From assembly GCA_963831935.1 (NCBI GenBank), contig CAWHSH010000003.1:177518-241517 (forward strand): a stretch of DNA of 64,000 nt. Reading direction: 5' to 3'. The notes under the pieces were generated by a model, which was given only the letters and a program-made list of their open reading frames with translations, was not told the DNA's origin and searched no databases. This document shows positions 39,684 to 48,602 of the stretch, piece by piece. Made by a program: the position numbers and the translations under genes. The DNA comes from an uncultured Bacteroidales bacterium (GTDB lineage Bacteria > Bacteroidota > Bacteroidia > Bacteroidales > VadinHA17). Numbering within the stretch: the stretch's first letter is position 1; every line of letters starts with the position of its first letter.

Positions 39684-40877
39684 TTAAAGTTTCTTCTTTA
39701 ATCCGGCTGTCCGGCGTACTGAACGATCTATCATCTCTTTTGCATTCATGATCTTTTCACCTGTCGAAAAATCGTAAGCGACTGCCAGACGTTCGGTGCA
39801 GCAATAGCAGGGATCGACCCCTGCAAGGGTTATTGTAGCGTCAGCAATTGTCTGACCAATGCATGATTTTTTAAAGGTGGCAATATTCACATAGCTGGGA
39901 GCTCTGATCTTATGTCGTGCCGGCGAATTTGACCCGTCTGAAACAACAAAATGAAATACCTCACCTCTCGGGGCCTCAGCGCGGCCATGACCTATTCCTT
40001 CAGGAATTTCATTGACCTTCACATTCATATCTCCCTCTTTTTCCTTTTCAAGTCCCTTAAGGCACTGTTCTATTATTGATATTGACTCATACATTTCCAG
40101 AAGTCTGACCTGAGCTTTGGCAAACACATCACCGGTTTCGGCTGTTATCACTTTCCAGTCGACCAGGGGATAGGCGGCGTAGGGATCATCTTTTCTTACA
40201 TCAATTGGTACACCGGAAGCCCTGGCGGTGGGGCCCACTGCACCGTAGTCAATTACATCCTGCTTTGTAAGAACACCTACACCCTTTGTTCTTGCATGGA
40301 TCACCGGATCATCCATGATAGCACCAGTAAGTAGATCAGCTTTTTTGCTGACTTCGCTCAGGATCTTGCGGATCGTGGCGATTTTACTGTTTTCTATATC
40401 CCTGCGAACACCTCCTACCTTGAACATCGCGTAGCTGTTCCTGTTGCCTGTGATCATCTCGAACAAGTCGAGAACAGGTTCGCGGTATTTCCACGCCCAC
40501 ATAAAAACTGTATTATAACCCAGGAAATGTCCGGCAAGACCTACCCACAGAAGGTGGCTGTGAATCCGTTCCAGCTCTCCGATAATCGATCTGATATATT
40601 TCACCCTGTCAGTCACTTCAATTCCGGCTATTTCTTCAACTGCGTTTGCAAATGCAAAAGGATGAGATGTGGAGCAGATGCCGCAAATACGTTCAACAAG
40701 GAAAAAAACCTGATCATAAGTTTTTGATTCACTGAGTTTCTCGATACTCCGGTGATTGTAGCCCGTCACCCATTGAATATCCTTTACTATTTCCCCGTCA
40801 CAGTACAGCTTGAACAATTCAGGCTCTTCCTGAAGCGGATGATATGGACCAATGGGTATAAGAGTCTTTCTGCTCAT
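39684..40877 (-). CDS. group 4 [NiFe]-hydrogenase large subunit (MbhL/HycE/EchE-like)
   Basis: 397-aa NuoD-fold protein that keeps both Ni-Fe ligand pairs: N-terminal RICGICSTSH and C-terminal DPCYCCTER. A 33-aa extension follows, consistent with endopeptidase processing. Confidence 0.85.
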   Translation of the reverse strand: MSRKTLIPIGPYHPLQEEPELFKLYCDGEIVKDIQWVTGYNHRSIEKLSESKTYDQVFFLVERICGICSTSHPFAFANAVEEIAGIEVTDRVKYIRSIIGELERIHSHLLWVGLAGHFLGYNTVFMWAWKYREPVLDLFEMITGNRNSYAMFKVGGVRRDIENSKIATIRKILSEVSKKADLLTGAIMDDPVIHARTKGVGVLTKQDVIDYGAVGPTARASGVPIDVRKDDPYAAYPLVDWKVITAETGDVFAKAQVRLLEMYESISIIEQCLKGLEKEKEGDMNVKVNEIPEGIGHGRAEAPRGEVFHFVVSDGSNSPARHKIRAPSYVNIATFKKSCIGQTIADATITLAGVDPCYCCTERLAVAYDFSTGEKIMNAKEMIDRSVRRTAGLKKKL

Positions 40878-41332
40878 TCCTTTTCCTTTGTAGTTGATTT
40901 AAAATCTTTACGATATGGGTATACACCCTCTGCCCAGTTCCCTTCAGAGATAAGCTTGTCCTGGTTTGGATGGTTCAGAAAATTGATGCCGAAAAGCTCA
41001 TGCATTTCCCTTTCGATCCAGTTTGTAGCGTTTAACATGTTCGACAGCGATTCAACCTGCGGATTCTCCCTGTCGAGAATTACATGCAGATTGAGAATCA
41101 ATCCCGATTGATCTTTACTGAAATGATAGTGAATCTCAAATCCCCTTTTCGTGTGAATTGCTGATGCTATAATGAACCTGAATCCGGCCTCTTTATATAA
41201 AAATCCGGCAATATCAAGGATTGCCTCAGGCTTTATTGTAATTATAATACGCCTTGGATTCTTTTCTGTTATTTCAAGAATTTCAGATTTGAAATCTTTT
41301 TTAAGCTTGTCTATGTCGGATTCTTTAACCAT
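40874..41332 (-). CDS. NuoC/MbhK-like subunit
   Basis: 152-aa ORF. The WIEREMHELFGINFLNHPN motif is typical of NuoC/HycE-N. It overlaps the large-subunit start by 4 nt. Confidence 0.75.
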   Translation of the reverse strand: MVKESDIDKLKKDFKSEILEITEKNPRRIIITIKPEAILDIAGFLYKEAGFRFIIASAIHTKRGFEIHYHFSKDQSGLILNLHVILDRENPQVESLSNMLNATNWIEREMHELFGINFLNHPNQDKLISEGNWAEGVYPYRKDFKSTTKEKE

Positions 41333-41347
41333 GGTTTTATCTTTCTT

Positions 41348-41526
41348 CCTCTATGTGCCTCTGTGGCTCCTCTGTGTGACTCTGTGTAAGTTCTTTCTTT
41401 GTTTCTACTTTTTATCAGTTTTATTACTCTCTCCCGGTACCTCTCTGCTTTTCACGTACTAAATCCAAGCCCCTATCTGCTTTCCACTTACTCACCCGCG
41501 GCCCCTCTCTACTTCGTAAAGAGGGG
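41348..41526. repeat. composite of both dispersed repeat families inside the hydrogenase operon
   Basis: Reiterated CCTCTGTG units end in CTCTGTGTAAGT (41348-41393, core 41380-41391). CCAAGCCCCT (41465-41474) is shared with 37203-37212. A hairpin CCCCTCT-N11-AGAGGGG lies at 41502-41526. Confidence 0.75.
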
Positions 41527-41553
41527 AGGTTTAACTCTTTACTTTTGAATATA

Positions 41554-41967
41554 TTAAGTCTTCTGTACCAGTTTTACAATTCCCGCGATAATCGCCTCCG
41601 GTTTCGGAGGGCACCCAGGTATATAAGCATCCACCGGAATAACCTTATCAACAGGTCCGGCAAAAGTTATGCTTTCAGCAAATAATCCGCCTGTACATCC
41701 ACAGGCTCCTATAGCCACAACAAGAATAGGCTTTGGAGCCTGGTTATAGATCTCCAGAAGTCTCCCTTTATCGTGTCTGTTTATTATTCCGTTTACAAGC
41801 AATACATCGGCATGTCTTATACTGCCCACAAGCAAAATTCCGAAGCGTTCCAGATCATGTCTTGGGGTAAGACAATCAAGGATCTCTATATCGCAATTAT
41901 TGCATGAGGCTCCTCCAAAGTGAAAGACCCAGAGCGACTTTTTAAAGCAATAACTTTTAAATCCCAC
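41554..41967 (-). CDS. group 4 [NiFe]-hydrogenase small subunit (NuoB/MbhJ/HycG-like)
   Basis: 137-aa ORF with four Cys in the NuoB pattern (CNNC, GACGC, GCPP) for the proximal [4Fe-4S] cluster. Confidence 0.8.
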   Translation of the reverse strand: MGFKSYCFKKSLWVFHFGGASCNNCDIEILDCLTPRHDLERFGILLVGSIRHADVLLVNGIINRHDKGRLLEIYNQAPKPILVVAIGACGCTGGLFAESITFAGPVDKVIPVDAYIPGCPPKPEAIIAGIVKLVQKT

Positions 41968-41979
41968 GATAGTATCAGT

Positions 41980-42912
41980 TTAGTAACCAAAAACAATCAA
42001 AACAAGAGCAATAACTGCCAGGATATTCATCCAGATCATGAAGAAATTGACTGCCTGCCTGATCCTGATCCTGGGATTTGTATTTTTTATCAGAGTCAGC
42101 AGAAGTACAATTCCCAGAACTTTCAATATACTCCATAACATATTGATTCCGTCCAGGCGGAATCCTCCCATCAACAATGCAACAAGCAACGAAGGCAGGA
42201 TGAAAAGCATGATATATTTTGTCAGTTTGATCATGGCATATGATGATCCTGAATATTCAATAAAAATCCCTTCAGTGATTTCTGCCTCTGCTTCAGGAAT
42301 ATCAAAAGGAACAAGGGCCAGCTTTGCCTGGACACAAAAAATGCCAACTATGAAGAGCAGAATCCCGGAGACACTTCCAATAAAAGGAGCTCCGGCCTGT
42401 TGTGTCTGTATAATACTGTTAAGGTCAAATTGCTGGCCACATTTCATTATTATTCCTGCTATGAAAAGGAGAAAGGTGAGTTCATAACTTAGGATAAGTT
42501 TCATTTCCCTTGAACCGCCGACAGCGGCAAGAGGATTACCTGATGCCAGCGAACCGATAATGTATGAAAATGAAGGTATTGTAAGAAGGTAGAAGATCAC
42601 AAGAAGATCGCCCCTGAAACCCGAAGTTATATTAAACAAGGGAAGTAAAATAAAAACGCCTGCCATTACGGCACCAAATACAGAAAAGACCGGTGCAAGA
42701 AGAAAAATTAATGGCGAGCCCCTTTTCGGGAGAATAGTTTCCTTGACGAGTAACAATTTGAAAAAATCGTAGAATGGCTGCAATACAGGAGGCCCTTTTC
42801 TAAACTGGACCCTGGCTGAAATTTTCCTGTCAAACCATGAAAGGAGCGCTCCTGCTGTTGCCACGAAAAGCAGTCCTGGAAAGACAAGAAAATAAAACAG
42901 ATTTACTGCCAT
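41980..42912 (-). CDS. NuoH/HycD/MbhM-like membrane subunit
   Basis: 310-aa polytopic protein. RKISARVQFRKGP near the N-terminus and the AEAEITEG motif are typical of the NuoH family. Confidence 0.8.
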   Translation of the reverse strand: MAVNLFYFLVFPGLLFVATAGALLSWFDRKISARVQFRKGPPVLQPFYDFFKLLLVKETILPKRGSPLIFLLAPVFSVFGAVMAGVFILLPLFNITSGFRGDLLVIFYLLTIPSFSYIIGSLASGNPLAAVGGSREMKLILSYELTFLLFIAGIIMKCGQQFDLNSIIQTQQAGAPFIGSVSGILLFIVGIFCVQAKLALVPFDIPEAEAEITEGIFIEYSGSSYAMIKLTKYIMLFILPSLLVALLMGGFRLDGINMLWSILKVLGIVLLLTLIKNTNPRIRIRQAVNFFMIWMNILAVIALVLIVFGY

Positions 42913-42924
42913 TGTTATTCTTTT

Positions 42925-43422
42925 TTATTGTTTTTCAACGGTATATAAATACTCTCGTATAAGGACCTTATCATTAAGTCTGTAAATATTTTCTGATGGA
43001 GATTCATCGGATTCAACAACCGAAACAACTCCCGGAGGACACGCTTTAGTAAAAAGTTCAAGTTCCTGGCTGTCGTTCAGATCATGAAATAAATCCTTGT
43101 TCCTGTGATGTTTGAAAAAGTCGGTCATCATAGTACCGAAGGGACAGATCGTAACACATGATTTGCAGGAAATACAGAGATTTAAGTGCCGGGTGACAAT
43201 ACCTTCACTGTCTTTTTCAAGGGCATCGGCCGGACAAACATTGATGCACGGTGCGTCCTCACATCTTCTGCAGGTGAACCTGAATATAGCCAGTTCCCTT
43301 ATGGTTTTAAGGCCGACACTATCAGGGGAATGGGAAAAATAACCTTCAGGAAGAGCAATGGCCGGGTTTTCAGCCATGGCTTTGCGAAGCTTTATCATAT
43401 CCAGCAGAATTCTCTTAGTCAT
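42925..43422 (-). CDS. 4Fe-4S dicluster ferredoxin-like subunit (HycB-like)
   Basis: 165-aa ORF with CRRCEDAPCINVCP and CISCKSCVTICP motifs. Confidence 0.65.
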   Translation of the reverse strand: MTKRILLDMIKLRKAMAENPAIALPEGYFSHSPDSVGLKTIRELAIFRFTCRRCEDAPCINVCPADALEKDSEGIVTRHLNLCISCKSCVTICPFGTMMTDFFKHHRNKDLFHDLNDSQELELFTKACPPGVVSVVESDESPSENIYRLNDKVLIREYLYTVEKQ

Positions 43423-43449
43423 CTTACTTATTTATTACACCGGATTTTT

Positions 43450-44280
43450 CTATTTCCAAATATCCGGAGTATTTTTTAATTCACTATAGGTAAATACCGG
43501 TCCGTCTTTGCAAACAAAAAACTCACCCATCATGCAGTGGCCGCATTTACCAAGTCCGCACGACATGTTCTTTTCCATAGAAAGGTAGATCTGGTCATCC
43601 TTGTACCCCATTTCAAGCAGCCTGATAGTTCCGAATTTCATCATGATCGGTGGTCCGCAAACAACTGCTACCGAATTTTTGCGGTTGACATTTATATTAT
43701 TGAGCAGGGTCGTAACAACTCCTACAGGACCATCCCACCCGGTTTCTGCTCTATCAACTGTCCGGTAAGCCTCAAATTTCTCAATACTGTTCAACCTGCT
43801 GAACAGAGGTTTATAAATGCAGTCGGATGCAGTTTTTGAACCATAGCACAGGATTACCTTGACCAATTTTTCTTTAATGTGCTCCAGAGCATAAAGCAGC
43901 GATCTGATTGGTGCAAGTCCGCAACCTCCACCAAGGATCAGTACCTCTTTGCCAAAATAACTTTCAACCGGATAACCCCGGCCGTACGGACCCCGGATTC
44001 CCATATGACAACCCGGCTTTAAAGCATGCATGTATTCCGTAACATATCCTGTCTTCATCACTGTCACTTCAAGTTTATCCTTTACCAGAGGTGAAGATGA
44101 CGGAGTAAAAGGAGCCTCCCCGATACCGTCGACTGACAATTCAATAAACTGTCCGGTACCAAATGAAAATTCTTCTTCCGGGATCAGAACAAATGTTTTG
44201 ATAATCGGAGATTCTTCAATAACTTCTGTAAGCTTTGCCTTTAATGGTTTATATATGTTTTTTGTATTCAGCATTATCAT
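43450..44280 (-). CDS. FAD/NAD(P)-binding + [2Fe-2S] oxidoreductase (AsrB / sulfhydrogenase gamma HydG / PyrK-like)
   Basis: 276-aa ORF with the ferredoxin-NADP reductase-like layout (GPYG, ILGGGCGLAPI). The C-terminal CGLGKCGHCMMGEFFVC is a [2Fe-2S] motif. Confidence 0.75.
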   Translation of the reverse strand: MIMLNTKNIYKPLKAKLTEVIEESPIIKTFVLIPEEEFSFGTGQFIELSVDGIGEAPFTPSSSPLVKDKLEVTVMKTGYVTEYMHALKPGCHMGIRGPYGRGYPVESYFGKEVLILGGGCGLAPIRSLLYALEHIKEKLVKVILCYGSKTASDCIYKPLFSRLNSIEKFEAYRTVDRAETGWDGPVGVVTTLLNNINVNRKNSVAVVCGPPIMMKFGTIRLLEMGYKDDQIYLSMEKNMSCGLGKCGHCMMGEFFVCKDGPVFTYSELKNTPDIWK

Positions 44281-45273
44281 TTACTTTGCCAATTCAAGAA
44301 ACAATTCGTTTTTATTTATTTTTCCGATGCATGCTTCAATGCATCTTCCGCAACCGGTACAGGCTATGGAATTGAATTTTTGAGGCTTCCATACATATTT
44401 GCACATATACCTGTTCCGGAACCGCTGACTCAATTCGGAAAGTGGATCTTCTCCCCCTGCAACTCTCTCAAATCCGGGATACTGGCACGCATCCAGCTGT
44501 TTTACTTTTTCAAAATCCGGCTTATCAATCAATAGAAAACATGAACATGTGGGGCATATAGTCGCACACGCACCGCAGGAAACACAAGTGGCAGAATATT
44601 TTTCCCATATTTCCTTTACGGCTCCGCTGACCAGCTTTCCGGTGGATTTATAATCAGGGAGGCCCTTGTTTGATGTCAGAAGCATTGATTCAGCAGAATC
44701 GTGGGCTTTTTCTATTTCAGAAATGACAGATTGATCTTTTACATCATGCAGCCGTGTAATCTGATGGATAAAATCCTCTCCTTTAGGAGTAATAAGCCGT
44801 AATACGATCAGGTCACCCATTTGTATTGCAGAAAGATCTGCATCCGTTGTAGCATAGGGATTTATGCCATATGATGTACAATGACAATGGTCTTGCTTCT
44901 CAAAACAATCAGTCGAAATAAGTATTGTCTTTTCCCTCCGTTCCCTGTAAAAGGGGTCATTGAAATCCTTATCAAGGTAAAGTTCATCAAGGAGCTTCAA
45001 TCCCTGTATATCACAATTTGGCGAACCTAGAATAATCCTGTATTTGTCAGGCAACAGGGCAGAAGTCACATTTTCCCTCACCGGCAGGAAAAAGGTCTTA
45101 AGTGAAGTGGCGGGCTTGGCTTTGTTGTACGATATTTTGCTGATATTGGCCGGATTTATATTTTCATAGTCCATGCCATATTCATTATCCACCGTTGCGA
45201 AAATGGCATAGGATAATAACAATTGCTCAATTGTCTTATCCCATTCATCCTTTTTGATGCTTAAATATTGCAT
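44281..45273 (-). CDS. 4Fe-4S dicluster protein (AsrA / sulfhydrogenase beta HydB-like), first gene of the operon
   Basis: 330-aa ORF with CVSCGACATICPTCSC and CTGCGRCIEAC motifs plus a CHC pair. The layout parallels anaerobic sulfite reductase subunit A and hydrogenase beta subunits. Its stop abuts the next start. Confidence 0.7.
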   Translation of the reverse strand: MQYLSIKKDEWDKTIEQLLLSYAIFATVDNEYGMDYENINPANISKISYNKAKPATSLKTFFLPVRENVTSALLPDKYRIILGSPNCDIQGLKLLDELYLDKDFNDPFYRERREKTILISTDCFEKQDHCHCTSYGINPYATTDADLSAIQMGDLIVLRLITPKGEDFIHQITRLHDVKDQSVISEIEKAHDSAESMLLTSNKGLPDYKSTGKLVSGAVKEIWEKYSATCVSCGACATICPTCSCFLLIDKPDFEKVKQLDACQYPGFERVAGGEDPLSELSQRFRNRYMCKYVWKPQKFNSIACTGCGRCIEACIGKINKNELFLELAK

Positions 45274-45274
45274 T

Positions 45275-45294
45275 TATGTGAGAAGATTCACATA
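45275..45294. promoter_or_regulatory. candidate Rex (or Crp/Fnr-type) operator: TATGTGA-GAAGAT-TCACATA
   Basis: Perfect 7-bp inverted arms with a 6-nt spacer. It matches 11 of 14 defined positions of the Rex consensus TTGTGAAnnnnTTCACAA. It lies 2-21 nt upstream of the first hydrogenase-operon start codon, in the divergent region shared with rex. Confidence 0.55.
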
Positions 45295-45461
45295 TAAAAA
45301 TATATTCAATGGAAATAAAAGACAATAAAAAAAATCATATTTTTGTACTGCAAACTGAAATTGTTTTAATATTATACTTTATATCAACAATATACAAAAT
45401 TGTTTTTCGTAACGGATCAACAGGTCAGATAACAATTCAGAATAAATTTAAGATATTTGAT

Positions 45462-46145
45462 GTGAAACAAATCACAAAATACGTTATCAAAAACAGCTTA
45501 AAAAGAATCTTCCTTTACCGTGCCTGTCTGGTCAGGCTGAAGAGGATGGGTGTTGAAAAAGTCTTTTCATACACTCTCGCAAATGAAACAGGTGTTACAT
45601 CTGACCAGGTCCGGAAAGACTTTTCAGAGTTCAGTATTAAAGGAAATAAGCGTGGCGGCTATGAGGTTAATGAGCTTCTCGAAAAGATGGAAAATATTTT
45701 TCACCGGAACAAAGACCATAATATTGTCCTGATAGGCATGGGGAATCTTGGTCTGGCATTATCAAAATACAGCAGGTTTGTACAGCGTGATATGAATATT
45801 GTTGCAACCTTCGATATTGACCCGTTTAAACAGAAGATCAGGTCAGATATCCCTGTATATTCGATGAGCAGGCTGAAAGAGATTATTGACCGTTTCAGGG
45901 TAAACGTGGCAATACTTGCGGTACCTGAGATTTCAGCGCAGGAAGTCAGTGATGAACTTGTAAGAGTGGGAATTAAAGGGATAGTAAATTTCGCACCGGT
46001 GCTTCTGAAAGTTCCCCCGGACGTGGTAATCAACAATGTGAATCTTGGGGATGAGCTCGAGAGCGTTATTTACTATGTGCATAAGATGCTGAAAGTTGAC
46101 GGGCAAAAAAACATTGCATTATTATTCAAGGATATGAAATACTGA
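45462..46145 (+). CDS. rex: redox-sensing transcriptional repressor Rex
   Basis: Winged-helix N-terminus (IKNSLKRIFLYRACLVRLKRMG) and a Rossmann NADH domain (VLIGMGNLGLAL). I place the start at the in-frame GTG at 45462. The track ORF start 45309 adds 51 AT-rich low-complexity codons with no Rex-like sequence. Confidence 0.8.
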   Translation: MKQITKYVIKNSLKRIFLYRACLVRLKRMGVEKVFSYTLANETGVTSDQVRKDFSEFSIKGNKRGGYEVNELLEKMENIFHRNKDHNIVLIGMGNLGLALSKYSRFVQRDMNIVATFDIDPFKQKIRSDIPVYSMSRLKEIIDRFRVNVAILAVPEISAQEVSDELVRVGIKGIVNFAPVLLKVPPDVVINNVNLGDELESVIYYVHKMLKVDGQKNIALLFKDMKY

Positions 46146-46165
46146 TCAGAGGACTGGTCCAGGGA

Positions 46166-48387
46166 GTGGGATTCCGTCCTTTTATCTGCAGGCTCGCTGT
46201 TAAACACGGACTTTACGGTGAAGTTGACAACAGGTCGAACGGAGTATCGGTTATTTTGCAGGGCGATTTGAAAACCATAGAAAAATTCAGTAACGAGATC
46301 CTTGAAAATGCCCCTCCGGCTTCCCAGATTAAATCCATTGAATTAATTCCGAAACAGATAGAAGGGTTTTCTGAATTCCGGATCGCGGGCAGTAAAACAA
46401 TTGATAATCAGATCACGGAAGTAAGCCCGGACATTGCTGTCTGCGATGATTGTCTTTCTGATATGTTATCCGATCCGGGCAGAATAGACTACCCTTTCAT
46501 AAACTGTACAAATTGCGGCCCGCGCTTTACAATAATTGAAGGATTGCCGTATGATCGCCCGGAGACAACGATGAAGGATTTTAAGATGTGCGAAAGGTGC
46601 AGGACTGAATATTACGACATAACTGACCGTCGTTTTCATGCACAACCCATTGCTTGCAATTCATGCGGACCGCAATATCGGTATAAGGACCGGGAGAAAA
46701 CTTTAACCGGGACTGATAGTGTACTAATGCAGGTTGTTGCAGGTTTACAAATGGGACAAATTGTTGCAGTAAAAGGTCTGGGAGGCTATCATTTGATGTG
46801 TGATGCCCTGAACAATGATGCTGTTTTGAGATTAAGAATGAAGAAACAGCGTGAAGCCAAGCCGCTTGCAGTTATGTTCAGGGATATGTCCGACCTGAAA
46901 AAATTTTGCCATGTTGATGAGATCGAGCAAAGAGAATTACGCTCATGGAGAAGGCCGATACTAATTCTCAGACAGAAAAAAATCCTTTCCGAAGCAGTAA
47001 GCAACGGATTGAATACAATCGGAGCAATGCTGCCGTACATGCCCTTCCATTATATATTGTTCAGGCACGTTAATACTCCATCAGTCATTCTTACGAGCGG
47101 AAATCTGTCGGATGAACCCACGATTATTGATGATACCTCTGCTGAAAAGCAATTGATGCCGGTTGCTGATTCCATTGTGAGTTACAACAGGAAGATCCAC
47201 AACCGTGCCGATGATTCTGTCGTCAGGATTATTAACGGGAAAATAAGTCTTATCCGTCGTTCCAGAGGCTTTGTTCCACGACCCGTCGACCTTAATTATA
47301 ACGTGGATGGGATACTCGCTCTGGGAGCAGAACAAAAAGGAACTTTTTGCATCGGTAAGAATTTCCAGGCTGTAGTGAGCCAGTATATCGGTGATCTGAA
47401 AAACGTTCCGACTTACGATTTTTATAGAGAATCGATAGAACGCTTTTCGGCTTTATTCAGATTCAAGCCGGAATACGCCGTCTGCGACATGCATCCTGAT
47501 TACTTTTCAACGAAATTTGCATTGCAACTCGCGAAAGACCGGGGAATACCGGTTGTTAAAATCCAGCACCACCATGCCCACATCGTTTCGTGCATGGCAG
47601 AATACGGACTGGAAGAACGAGTCATCGGAATCAGCATGGATGGGACTGGTTATGGCATTGATGGAAAAACATGGGGCGGTGAATTTTTAATTGCTGATAC
47701 AGGGAGCTTTACACGGTTCGTTCATTTCGATTACGTTCCCATGCCCGGTGGCGATAAAGTGGCTGAAGAACCATGGAGAATGGCTTTTTCTTATTTGTTT
47801 AAGTATTTTGGCGACAGTCTGGATTATGATTCCATACCTCTTTTCAGATCTATTAATCACAGGGACCTTGGACTGGTAAAACAAATGATATTAAAAGATA
47901 TAAACTGTCCGCAAACTTCCGGGGCTGGTCGCCTTTTCGATGCTGTCTCGGCTCTCCTGGGACTATGCCGTAGAAGCACTTTCGATTCAGAAGCCCCAAT
48001 GCGGCTTGAATCGGCTATTGAAAGCGATACGGAACTCTGTTATCCTTTTGGTCTGGATGACGCTGTTATTTTTAAGGATACCTTGCGGGCGGTTCTTTCT
48101 GATCTTCCGCATTTAAAAATTTCATTAATTGCAGCGAAATTCCATAACACTATCGCACAGATAATACTCGAGGTGTCAGAAAAAATAAGAAAAGACTTTT
48201 CGACACAATAAAGTTGTACTTTCGGGAGGTGTATTTCAGAATAAATATCTGCTCGAGAAATCGGTTGAGAAACTGATCCGACACGGATTTATGGTTTATA
48301 CGAATCACATGGTTCCCTGCAAATGACGGAGGGATTTCACTGGGTCAGCTGGTAATTGCTTCAAAAAAATTGGGATTATGTGCCTGA
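46166..48387 (+). pseudogene. hypF: [NiFe]-hydrogenase maturation carbamoyltransferase HypF, at least 2 frame shifts and an unresolved start
   Basis: Acylphosphatase-like GVGFRPFICRLA. Zinc-finger pairs CDDC/CTNCGPRFT and CERC/CNSCGPQY. YrdC-like and Kae1-like regions are present. After 48211 the protein continues in other frames (KVVLSGGVFQNKYLLE.., then [21 protein letters not shown]). Deleting one A at 48321-48323 restores ..VPCNDGGISLGQ. Confidence 0.8.
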
Positions 48388-48602
48388 GTGTTCCTGCCCG
48401 GATAGTAAAGATAGACGGACAAATTGCTGATGTGTCAATCGGAGGTGCCACTTTTAAAGCGGGCCTGCAGATGGTGGAAAATGCCAGGGTAGGGGACTAT
48501 ATACTTCTTCATGCCGGATTTGCTATTCAGAAAATAAGTGAAGAGGATGCACTGGTGACAATAAAACTGCTTAAGGAACTGGACGATATTAAGGATAAAT
48601 GA
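48378..48602 (+). CDS. hypC: hydrogenase assembly chaperone HypC
   Basis: 74-aa ORF starting [10 protein letters not shown] (the conserved N-terminal Cys2 motif of HypC/HupF). It overlaps the hypF end. Confidence 0.85.
   Translation: MCLSVPARIVKIDGQIADVSIGGATFKAGLQMVENARVGDYILLHAGFAIQKISEEDALVTIKLLKELDDIKDK

Noticed and set aside
45309-45461. N-terminal 51-codon extension of the rex ORF (track start 45309)
   Set aside because: The sequence is low-complexity and AT-rich (MEIKDNKKNHIFVLQTEIVLILYF..), with no Rex-like residues. An in-frame GTG at 45462 gives a protein of typical Rex length, beginning just before the winged-helix motif.
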